A DNA stretch of 32,000 nucleotides from an uncultured Tateyamaria sp. (lineage in GTDB: Bacteria; Pseudomonadota; Alphaproteobacteria; Rhodobacterales; Rhodobacteraceae): assembly GCF_947488715.1 (NCBI RefSeq), contig NZ_CANLAG010000005.1:325950-357949 (forward strand). The letters are read 5' to 3'. This document shows, one piece after another, positions 20,101 to 26,199 of this stretch; within the stretch, counting starts at the first letter, position 1, and each line of letters begins with the position of its first letter. The notes beneath the pieces were generated by a model that was not told the origin of the DNA, searched no databases, and saw only the letters and a list, made by a program, of their open reading frames with translations. The translations under genes were made by a program, and so were the position numbers.

Positions 20101-23056
20101 GGATGACGCGATCTGCGGGCCGGAGGAATGGCAAGTGCTGCCGCTCTCTGGGCACTCGAATGATGCGGTCGTAGACGGGGCAAGCGCTCTGTCCGAGCAT
20201 CTCGGGACCAGTGAAGCACCACTTGCGCAGGTGGCTGCGACGCTTCAATCCGGTCGTGCGGCGCTGCATTACAGGACAGCTGTTCTGGCTCAAGACACGC
20301 ACCGAGCTGACGCAGCTCGTGCGTTGGGTGACGTAGCACCCGGCAAGGCCTCACAGGTCGACGCCGCATTTCTGTTTGCAGGGCAGGGCAGCCAACATCT
20401 GGCGATGGGCCGCGCGCTGTACGAACGCTATAAGGCGTACCGCGATGCCATGGATGACATCGACGCGCGGATCACACCGCTGTTGGGGCAATCGCTGCAT
20501 GGGTTGATCATGTCGGGCGATGCGTCGGCGGAACAGACCCTGCGTGACACCCGATACGCGCAACCTGCCGTTTTTGCCGTGTCACTCGCCACCGCGCGTC
20601 TGTGGCAAGCGGTGGGCCTTCAGCCACGTGCCGTACTTGGGCATTCTGTTGGTGAATTTGCAGCGGCGCACATTGCTGGCGTCATGGACCTGGACGAAGC
20701 CCTTCGGCTGATCGTCGCGCGCAGTGCGCTTGTGGCTGAGCAACCCGTGGGCGGCATGCTGGCGACAACGATGTCCGCAGAAGCCGCACAGGCCCACGTC
20801 GGGGATGGCATAGAGATCGCGGCCTACAATGGCCCGCAACAGGTTGTTTTTGCAGGGCCATCCGACCCATTGGATACGCTGCGCGCGACCCTTGATGCGC
20901 AAGGCACGCCTTGCCATCCTCTTGCAACGTCCCATGCGTTTCACTCTGCAATGCTTGCACCCGCCCGCGACGCGTTTCGATCCTGCATCGACACATCCAA
21001 ACTGTCGCCACCGACCGTACCCTTTGCTTCGACGGTCACTGGCGGCTGGGTCGAGGCTCAGGATCTGTTGAGCAGCGACTATTGGGCGGATCACATCTGC
21101 AAACCGGTGCGGTGCGCGCAGGCCATGGCCGCATTGGCGGACAACACAGCGATGGTTGGTCTGGACATGGGGCCGGGCACAACGATGACATCACTGGCCG
21201 CGGCGAACGGGATTGAGTGTCTGCCCAGCCATGATGTGCCAGGCGTTCGCACGGACGACGCGCAACAGCCGCCTGCTGTCCTGTCGACGCTCGCCACACT
21301 CTGGCGCAGAGGTGCCAATGTGAACTGGGACGCCATGCGCAAGGGGCAACCCCGCAAGACGTCGCTGCCCCTGACCCCGTTTGCGCGGACACGGCACACA
21401 CCAACTGTCGCGCCGACCTCGGACTGGCCCGCCAAGCGTGCGGATATGGGTACATGGTTTTATCGTCCCGCGCTGTCCGCCGTGGCAAAGCCAACTGGCG
21501 TCGATTGGGGTGGCAAGGTGCTCGTGGTCACGGATGCGCCCGACGGTGCGGCCGAGACACGTCAGGCGATCCTGTCGCCCGGCACGGACACACAGGTCGT
21601 GGACATCGCACTGACCGCGCCCGATCAAGTTTTGAGCGGGCAGATCGCAGGGTGTCGCCATCTCGTCTTTGTCCTGACCGCTGATTACGGGTCTGACTGG
21701 ACCGTTTTGCAAAGCGTTCTGGCTTGGGTGCGCAGATTTGTGGGCGAGCAGGGTGCGCTGGCGCGGGGTTTGCATTTGGTAACGCATGGCGGCGCGCCCG
21801 TCGGTGACATCGGACCTGTGATCCCGATGCAGTCCGCCATACGCAGTGCATTTGAGGTGTTGGCCGTGGAACATCCGGAGCTTGAGGTGTCCGGAGTGGA
21901 TATTGGCGGCGCTGTGCCAGCATCGCTGGATGTGCCAGCCGCAGGGTTCCTGGTCTGGCATGACGGAGCATATCACGACATCCAACCGACGGCAGCCCAG
22001 ATGCCAACGCCGTCACGAAAGATTCTGCCCAAAGCGCCGCGCATCTTAATCACTGGCGGGTTTGGCGGCGTTGGCCGCGCGCTGGCCTTGGAGTTTGCAG
22101 ACAGCCACCCCGGCGCGACGTTTGTGTTGACCAGCCGCGACGATCAAAGCGAAGCGCCGCTTTTGACCCAACTCCGGGCCAAAGGTGCAACCGCAACGGC
22201 ACTTCAATGCGACCTGAGCGTGTCGGGCGTGCACTTGCCGGTACCTCAAACACCGTTTGATCTGGTGATCCACGCGGCAGGCTGCGCCGACGATGGTGGG
22301 GTCGTTGCGCGCCGCGACGGGCCATCTGTTGCACAGGTTCTGGCCCCGAAAATCGCGGGGCTCGATGCGCTGCAACCTGTTCTGTCGGATCAGACACAGC
22401 TTGTGCTGTGTTCGACGCTGGGATCGTGGATGCCGGACGCAAAATTTGGGCAGGCCGCTTATGCAGCCGCAAACGGTTATCTGGATGGTGCCGCCTTGGC
22501 GCAGTCGCTCGCCGGACGGCGCGTGATTGCGATCAATTGGGACGACTGGGTTGGCGCAGGCATGACCGAAGACACGCGCGCGGCCATGGGACAACCCGCA
22601 ATGACGCCCGATGACGGACTGACGGCCCAAGAGGGGGCGAGTGCGCTGGCCGCCATCGTGTCGGCGCAATGGCCACGCGTGTCCGTGTCGGTGCGCGACT
22701 TGCCGGGTTTGATGCAGGCGGCCAAAGCGCGTTTTGCAAAGGCACCTGATCCGACAGCCGCCGACCCGGCGCAGGTCGTGTCGCCGACGCAGCGCGCCAT
22801 CCCTTCACCCGACGCCATCAGCGTAATTGTACTGGACCTCTTTCGTACCGTGTTGGGGCGCACCGATTTTCAGGACACCGACAACTTTTTTGAACAGGGC
22901 GGCCACTCGCTGATGGCCATGCAAATTCTGATCCGACTGCGCGATGACGTCGGCCTGCCATGCGCCCTTGTCGACATCTTCGAAGCACCAAGCCCCGCAG
23001 AGCTCACGCAAAGACTGATTGCCAAAGCGGGCACGCACACAAAGGACATATCATGA
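11135..23056 (+). CDS. Hybrid NRPS-PKS: TubC-type docking-C-A-PCP-E-C-A-PCP-KS-AT-KR-ACP (3973 aa)
   Basis: N-terminal docking-like segment MRPLSDMLHELAGLGIELEANADKLRIRGPASALGPALREELKARKAELLAHL (11135-11290). C domain HHMISDRQS (11675-11701). A domain CFTSGTTGTAKAV (13025-13060) with A10 LPRTDAGKIDRRAL (14009-). PCP FFALGGDSI (Ser 14192-14194). E domain with PATPIMAWF, HFNQS and HHLCIDVLSW (His-His at 14696-14701). C domain with PLQHRILLHS and HHLVLDGWS (16025-16051). A domain YTSGSTGQPKG (17414-17446) with A10 LTPNGKVDWAAL (18386-). PCP FFDAGGHS (Ser 18611-18613). KS with IAVIGMACRFPGA, TACSTS (Cys 19340-19342), EAHGTGT and GNIGHADAAAG. AT with FAGQGSQ, GHSVGE (Ser 20645-20647) and HAFH (20933-20944). 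KR with TGGFGGVG (22052-22075) and AAYAAANGYLD (Tyr 22460-22462). ACP FFEQGGHS (Ser 22907-22909). Confidence 0.95.
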   Translation: MRPLSDMLHELAGLGIELEANADKLRIRGPASALGPALREELKARKAELLAHLTAPASPVSVPLLPNQRRLWFIDKLTDAATGFALQAAFVLPRQYTVAEWQDALDQLCAHHPVLDTQLIEEGDAPFLQVRPQGPRAEVHVDRLPDDAPDFDALRPTNAGLFRCAVWPRETGQSLVVLSLHHMISDRQSMSTVMQDLLHLLDGQPLTKAGRDFLDIMAQDGSAARPHAAEGLAYWTQTLSDAPADLTLPYDHARPDRRGVQGAVHRFVLSDAANLGPLAQRNNATAFATYLAVYAQLLSQWSGQTDLVIGCPVSGRYMPGTETSVGYFVNTVALRLNLDATDIASVIERARTVVMGAMEHQDVPFDHVVSALSPDRHLNRNPLFQAMFVLQPPSGNAPVFAGEPVDILPAPPLAPDVDISLMLEETAQGYAGYLEYDPDLFDPETIALFAQQFEALCQTYAGNSQTAEQRLAHWQGPDAPRPRGDMWSVLGSALKELPADHLVLEDPDGAVTKSEVLAQANAVAAGLMAQGVGSAAPVGISLARTRDRAAAMLGVWKAGATVVFLPVIGQDKSAQQVFADRVSKGAIGHVICDTASSDDAGTTATLLPFSSFSSVEEISREGLADGPAYLCFTSGTTGTAKAVAVGHDSLINHMMGIAEQFALTPADRVLQFAPTSFDMVFEDMLPALMLGASLIVPEADALADMDRFQAMISDAGITVANLPAPFWHAWVHELDATQTTAPAALRLVITGSDVVHGEAAWVWRSRCPETSLMSGYGLTESTITAMLHTPAADPSDIGLGALPLGVPLPNVAVSVVGPDGEPVPTMVVGEIAISGAAVAMGYVGAQSDHRFRQVGDEPQFMTGDLGRMRRDGHLEFLGRRDQQIKIRGVRVEPSAVEAVVMRLATVSEAAVVPRPSPTGQWGLAAYIVGDQTADHYTEELRHALPGAMVPQTVVTVPALPRTDAGKIDRRALARAPIEITATPTRAPTAQEARLAAIFADVLGQKRVGPDDNFFALGGDSITSLQIVARARRAGFALTAAQVFEHQTVAALAAHVNDLPTQDVGETSGPIPATPIMAWFATQFDQPWKHFNQSVMLAMPADLNTDALRAALQSVADAHPIFALRVDPDAAQPFSISETAEAPAFFTHTTEDGQADALDRVQASLDPTEGRNIAALWLPHQNRLMVTIHHLCIDVLSWDVLLRDLETAYDAACAETHTQITPAGASFRTWAERLNTFAKDSGVSGTVAHFMQSLGGATDPILGAPVAAGQDRDITSFRLTLPAGVTSDILRHAAVAYETRADEALLVALLMALDKRGSSGVRVDLERNGRTSPFADLDLADTIGWFTSVMPLRLMPGDDVAALAQQVRRATQDSPHDGLGFGLARYCGTSATRTALASLPEADVLLNYVGVLTGWEDAPFRPVDAPCGTTIALDTERSHVVEINAGVVAGQMRIEMIAPSSAGAEAEGLAQALETAISDLASQARQARFGADMGDNVEDVAPATPLQHRILLHSMRRPDTYFDQLRFTLDGPLDVDAMQRSWDMLVHRHKSLRTNFGFAGDDSPLQIVRQSLDMQWHHLDWRDVAPGTIARLLTDVMQVDRAVGFDIENGPLMRMHLIRRSDTQYDWIWSAHHLVLDGWSVSVVIEEWQSIYAALVRGDTPQLAPAADPSDYAAWLGQTDSGAARAFWAEHLAGAEATLIAKEQDRATAAATQAPGTDRIDLSPEVEQQLGALARDLGTTVGVIAQAAWALVLRRYGHSGAVLFGLTVSNRPPDIAGADRMVGMMINTLPVRVDLSGADTPRGVMARMSAQARARAPWSALSLDNILSAGGFGDTLPFDTMMLVQNYPQPETLSAGDVTVGLSEVAERTDLPLTLVVQSGDDPCLMAVWDRDRLGDAQVQSMLGHWHRVMTAFLADADQTLDGISIYSDAELAARVELAQGSSGDAETPRAVEAVAHWARILPDQTALVADDGVLSYRALDAAVAALAARLTAQEGLQPGASVAVLLPRSTRAIVALLAVMRAGGVAVPVDAAYPADRIAYILADCGAELVVTQTGMAQPLDSVTVVLCDTLEVAETPTGTGELPAPDSPAYMIYTSGSTGQPKGTLTHHGGVDNMIAAQALAFNLGPADRVLQFASLSFDASVWEMFMALAAGAALYVPTREQALGGRELADYIADHRITAATLPPTVIDGVSPEQVPDLSLLVAAGEACPRHLGQTWAKDRRFYNAYGPSEASVCATLHQVETAEHTVPIGTAIAGAVAYAVDQDGHLVPMGGTGELVIGGAGVGLGYHGRPELTARAFVPDKWRQDARARAYRTGDRVEVGANGALVFRGRLDRQIKLRGFRVEPGEVENALMQDPAVHRALVGVRSSDGMSRLLAWVVPVAGAVVSPDGLREMLAQQLPGHMVPASVVVVDDVPLTPNGKVDWAALPDASDDAPAEPAPVVETKVAVAPPAAALTTEERVILKLTEIWSELLDGRSVAPDQNFFDAGGHSLLLVRMQPMLKEAFGVQVRTRTLFDNLTISALATVLCDTGAQVPDDVAVAEPVPAADEGVKAPAIGTARTAEPIAVIGMACRFPGASDLAAYWDMLRRGDEGLCDLTRADLLAAGVSASDAENPAYVARRGIIDHADSFDAAAFGIGPREAELMDPQQRLFLECVWHALEDAGQPPRRGQNTGVFAGAGYNTWMNEVLRPAGHSMEGSAGYHAVTANEKDFLATQTAFRLDLRGPAVSVQTACSTSLVAVVQAVQALRSGQCETAVAGGVSVAFPTHRGYMYEPDMILSPDGHCRPFGAEAAGTVPSSGVGAVILKPLDKAQQDGDRVYAVIRGTGLGNDGARKMSFAAPGVDGQADAMRAALDDAGLLPSDVDAIEAHGTGTALGDPVEMTAIARVYADRSTPLSIGSVKGNIGHADAAAGIAGFIKSVLGLWHGEMPASLHADTVNARLDLADGALRIASDRVTLGPRARAGVSSFGIGGTNAHVVLERAETQQDDAICGPEEWQVLPLSGHSNDAVVDGASALSEHLGTSEAPLAQVAATLQSGRAALHYRTAVLAQDTHRADAARALGDVAPGKASQVDAAFLFAGQGSQHLAMGRALYERYKAYRDAMDDIDARITPLLGQSLHGLIMSGDASAEQTLRDTRYAQPAVFAVSLATARLWQAVGLQPRAVLGHSVGEFAAAHIAGVMDLDEALRLIVARSALVAEQPVGGMLATTMSAEAAQAHVGDGIEIAAYNGPQQVVFAGPSDPLDTLRATLDAQGTPCHPLATSHAFHSAMLAPARDAFRSCIDTSKLSPPTVPFASTVTGGWVEAQDLLSSDYWADHICKPVRCAQAMAALADNTAMVGLDMGPGTTMTSLAAANGIECLPSHDVPGVRTDDAQQPPAVLSTLATLWRRGANVNWDAMRKGQPRKTSLPLTPFARTRHTPTVAPTSDWPAKRADMGTWFYRPALSAVAKPTGVDWGGKVLVVTDAPDGAAETRQAILSPGTDTQVVDIALTAPDQVLSGQIAGCRHLVFVLTADYGSDWTVLQSVLAWVRRFVGEQGALARGLHLVTHGGAPVGDIGPVIPMQSAIRSAFEVLAVEHPELEVSGVDIGGAVPASLDVPAAGFLVWHDGAYHDIQPTAAQMPTPSRKILPKAPRILITGGFGGVGRALALEFADSHPGATFVLTSRDDQSEAPLLTQLRAKGATATALQCDLSVSGVHLPVPQTPFDLVIHAAGCADDGGVVARRDGPSVAQVLAPKIAGLDALQPVLSDQTQLVLCSTLGSWMPDAKFGQAAYAAANGYLDGAALAQSLAGRRVIAINWDDWVGAGMTEDTRAAMGQPAMTPDDGLTAQEGASALAAIVSAQWPRVSVSVRDLPGLMQAAKARFAKAPDPTAADPAQVVSPTQRAIPSPDAISVIVLDLFRTVLGRTDFQDTDNFFEQGGHSLMAMQILIRLRDDVGLPCALVDIFEAPSPAELTQRLIAKAGTHTKDIS

Positions 23057-24669
23057 CCGACACCACAGAACTGTTTTGCCTGCGCCCGGATGTGGTTGTC
23101 GAACCCGTTGTGGCGGGGTGGTATGCGACCACGCAACTGGTGTCGCCACTGGCACATGCCATGAACACCGCCTTTCGCCATCTGCCCATCATGCAGAGCT
23201 ATATCCAAAGCCCGCAAATGCATGCCGCGGCGGTGCAAGACCCCGACTTGTTGGGCGGGCCTTTCATCGACCACCCTGCGGAGCGTGCCTCTGACGTGGT
23301 TGATCTGTTGGAAAGCACCCGAGGCGCGCAGCAGGACCATCTGAAACTGGCCGATGCCGTGCGGACAGCGTGGGAAACTCTGCAAAACCGTGCGGCTGGC
23401 GGCAGCATGGCGGATATCTACGCTGCCATGCCGGACGACCTGCGCGGGTTTCTAGAGCTGGTGTACACGCCCGGAGGCACGCCGGATTTGCGGGTGTTCG
23501 AGGCGCTGTTGTACCGAAGCGCGCATTACACGCCGCATTTGCAGGGTGCCTTGATCCACCGGATTTCTGGTGACGAACGTCCGTTTTCCATGTCCACGCC
23601 GCGCTTTCCCAGCCCGGACAAATTCGCGCTGAACCGACCATTTTCGGACAAGGCCTATGATGTGCTGGGACGTTTACGCCGCGAACCGATGTCACGTGCG
23701 GATATCGCCAGCGCGCTGCAACTGAACGATGCGGAGGCGGCGGCGTTTGACGCATTCCTCACACCGGCCTCACCGCGTGCGCCGGTTGAGGTCGCGACAC
23801 AAAGCAGATGGCGGTATTTCGGGCACGCCTGCGTTCTGGTCGAGTCGGCAGGTGGGCGGTCGGTCTTGGTCGATCCCGTGATTGCCTACGAATCCGGTGA
23901 CGCCCCGGAACGCTACACCATCGACGATCTGCCTGATTTCATTGATGTGGTGTTGATCACGCACAATCACCCTGATCACGTGCTGATCGAAACGCTTTTG
24001 GCGTTGCGGTGGAAGATCGGCACCATTCTGGTCGCGCGCAGCGGCGGCAGCATGGTGGACCCATCGCTCAAATCTGCCCTGACGGCGATCGGGTTCGCAG
24101 ATGTCCGCGAGGTCGACTATCTTGAGGCGGTCCAGGTGGGCGACGTGTCTATTCAGGCGCTGCCCTTTCTCGGGGAACACGCAGACCTCGACATCAGTTG
24201 CAAGGCGGCTTGGTTGGTTGATGCAGGCATGCGCATGGTGTTTGCGGCGGATTCCAACAATCTGGACCCAGTGCTGTACGACCGCCTGGCCACCTCGATT
24301 GGCCGCCTGGACGCGCTGTTTCTGGGCATGGAATGTGAAGGTGCACCGATGTCCTGGCTATACGGCGCGATGTTGCCCTTTGCGGTGGACCGGGCCGACG
24401 ATCAGGAACGGCGGCTTGATGGATCCAACGCAACTCGTGCGCGCGCACTGATCGAAAGCCTCGATGTGGATCAGGTCTATATCTACGCGATGGGGCTGGA
24501 GCCGTGGCTCAAGTTCATCACCGGCATGGCCCCCGAGGACGACAGCACACCGATGCAACAGTCCGAAGAGCTGCTTGCTCAGTGCAGACAGGTCGGAATG
24601 CAGGCGCAGCGCCTCTATGGGCGTGCCACCAGCGAGGATGCTGTCGAAACGGTCGAGTTCGACCTTTAG
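23053..24669 (+). CDS. Two-domain metallo-beta-lactamase-fold protein; candidate CmlA-like non-heme diiron beta-hydroxylase (alternative: hydrolytic off-loading enzyme)
   Basis: ATG 23053 overlaps the ORF3 stop (ATGA). The longer ORF from 22960 would overlap the ACP in another frame. The 538-aa protein has an N-terminal domain of about 250 aa with no motif I recognise. The C-terminal MBL fold has RYFGHACVLVE..VLVDP and HxHxDH = THNHPDH (23962-23979), plus downstream candidate metal ligands GEHAD, FAAD and GMECEG. The size and domain order match the CmlA type, and the gene sits directly against an NRPS. The CDS call is solid and the function is inferred. Confidence 0.7.
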   Translation: MTDTTELFCLRPDVVVEPVVAGWYATTQLVSPLAHAMNTAFRHLPIMQSYIQSPQMHAAAVQDPDLLGGPFIDHPAERASDVVDLLESTRGAQQDHLKLADAVRTAWETLQNRAAGGSMADIYAAMPDDLRGFLELVYTPGGTPDLRVFEALLYRSAHYTPHLQGALIHRISGDERPFSMSTPRFPSPDKFALNRPFSDKAYDVLGRLRREPMSRADIASALQLNDAEAAAFDAFLTPASPRAPVEVATQSRWRYFGHACVLVESAGGRSVLVDPVIAYESGDAPERYTIDDLPDFIDVVLITHNHPDHVLIETLLALRWKIGTILVARSGGSMVDPSLKSALTAIGFADVREVDYLEAVQVGDVSIQALPFLGEHADLDISCKAAWLVDAGMRMVFAADSNNLDPVLYDRLATSIGRLDALFLGMECEGAPMSWLYGAMLPFAVDRADDQERRLDGSNATRARALIESLDVDQVYIYAMGLEPWLKFITGMAPEDDSTPMQQSEELLAQCRQVGMQAQRLYGRATSEDAVETVEFDL

Positions 24670-24807
24670 GCCCTGCGCCTGACGGGGACTTGATGCAAAC
24701 GTGATTGGGACGTGAGCCACTGGCTGTGCAAGGTGCTGGCTATATGTCTGCGCCTGGCCTTGGGCTTTGCGGTGGCATCTGACAACACGCTGCCGAAAGG
24801 GTCCGTC

Positions 24808-26187
24808 ATGGCACTCGCCAACTCCATCAAAACCCGACTGCTTGCGCCACTTCTGGCGGTTTCGCTTGTGTGCGCCTGCGCGCTGCACGCGCAGAGCACC
24901 GAACCGTTGCCCGACTACGTGATCGAGGAGTTTGGACAACCCCCGGCAGTGCCAACCGGGCCGCTTGCCCCCGAGATGCAATTTGCGGTGCGCGTGGCCT
25001 TTGTGGACAGTGTGGCGCTGTCGACGTGGGACGAAAATCAGACCCTCGCGCTGGCCGAGATTGCAAAGTCCGAAGACCCGCGATTGGTGTGGTTGATCAG
25101 TGATATGATGCGCTTTGTCCCCTCGCGTCAGTTGCACGATGCGCTGTCAAATGCCGCCGCGGAGCTTTTGGGCAAACCCTTTGAAACCGGCAACAGCTGG
25201 GGCGTCGTGACCGACCACCTCTTGGCCTGGGACATTCCGGCGCCGCCCGACTACCTCAAGGTCAAGCGCACGATTTTCACAGGCATTGTCCCCGGATGGG
25301 AGCAGATATTCGTAGAAGGGGACATCGACTGGCGGTTGGTGTCCTGGGGTGGGGTTCTCATTGATGACCGGCCCTATGACACCACGGACAACGGGTGCAA
25401 TTGCATCCCCGCCGCCGATAACCCGGATGTGACCAGCGCCGAGGACGCCGCGTGGCTCAAGGACGATGACATCGTGTTCGGCATCGAGGTCAACGGCGAA
25501 TACCGCGCCTATCCCCGCCGCATCATGGAAGTGCGTGAAATGGTGAATGACACGCTGGGCGGGCGTGATCTGGGCATCCCGTACTGTACGCTTTGTGGTG
25601 CGGCGCAGGCCTATTTCACCGATGAACTGCCCGTTGGTATCGAGCGCCCGATCCTGCGCACCTCGGGCCTGCTGAGCCGTTCGAACAAGGTGATGTACGA
25701 CATCAACACCTATTCGGTCTTTGACACATTTCTGGGCCATGCAGTCACCGGGCCGCTTGCGGAAAAGAACCTGCAACTCAAGCAAGCGACTGTGATCACG
25801 ACCGATTGGGGCACGTGGAAACGCGAACACCCCGAGACCACCGTTTTGCTGGAACGCTATGCGCTGGGCCGTGACCCCGATTTCCGCAATGGCCGTGATG
25901 CCGATGGCCCGATCTTTCCCGTTGGGGATGTCGACCCGCGGCTTTCGGTCCATGAGGACATCATAGGGGCCATCACAGCGTCAGGCACACCTGTGGCCTT
26001 TCCCCGCTCGGCTGCGTTTGTGGCCCTGAAACGCGGGGACGACGTGACGTTCGAGAACGTGCGCCTCGAACTGGACGCAGGTGGCATACGCGCGGTCGAT
26101 GCGGATGGCAGCGACCTTGGCAGCCACCAGGCTTTCTGGTTCGCCTGGTCGCAGTTCCATCCGCAAACCGCATTGTGGATGCGGTAA
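24808..26187 (+). CDS. Secreted DUF3179-family protein
   Basis: ATG 24808 is preferred over GTG 24712. It follows AAAGGG by about 8 nt and yields a signal peptide, MALANSIKTRLLAPLLAVSLVCACALHA/QS. The C-terminal half matches the DUF3179 pattern: IPAADNP...VFGIEVNGEYRAYPRRIM..VNDTLGGRDLGIPYCTLCGAAQAYF...TSGLLSRSNKVMYD..T.S.F....G.AVTGPL....L......TDWGTWKREHPETTVL. Confidence 0.75.
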   Translation: MALANSIKTRLLAPLLAVSLVCACALHAQSTEPLPDYVIEEFGQPPAVPTGPLAPEMQFAVRVAFVDSVALSTWDENQTLALAEIAKSEDPRLVWLISDMMRFVPSRQLHDALSNAAAELLGKPFETGNSWGVVTDHLLAWDIPAPPDYLKVKRTIFTGIVPGWEQIFVEGDIDWRLVSWGGVLIDDRPYDTTDNGCNCIPAADNPDVTSAEDAAWLKDDDIVFGIEVNGEYRAYPRRIMEVREMVNDTLGGRDLGIPYCTLCGAAQAYFTDELPVGIERPILRTSGLLSRSNKVMYDINTYSVFDTFLGHAVTGPLAEKNLQLKQATVITTDWGTWKREHPETTVLLERYALGRDPDFRNGRDADGPIFPVGDVDPRLSVHEDIIGAITASGTPVAFPRSAAFVALKRGDDVTFENVRLELDAGGIRAVDADGSDLGSHQAFWFAWSQFHPQTALWMR

Positions 26188-26199
26188 GACGCAAGCCGC

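Noticed and set aside
22960-23052. Upstream extension of the MBL-fold ORF (track start 22960).
   Set aside because: The extension overlaps the ACP-coding end of ORF3 in another frame and encodes a basic, low-complexity peptide. ATG 23053 gives the same ATGA coupling seen at the other two junctions.
23053-24669. The MBL-fold protein could be an antibiotic-resistance beta-lactamase.
   Set aside because: It has no signal peptide, carries a large extra N-terminal domain, and is translationally coupled to a megasynthase. Its sequence context is UlaG/CmlA-like rather than that of class B beta-lactamases.
24712-24807. GTG 24712 as the start of the DUF3179 gene.
   Set aside because: ATG 24808 has an AAAGGG SD-like sequence upstream and yields a canonical signal peptide at the N-terminus. 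With the extension, the signal peptide would be buried.
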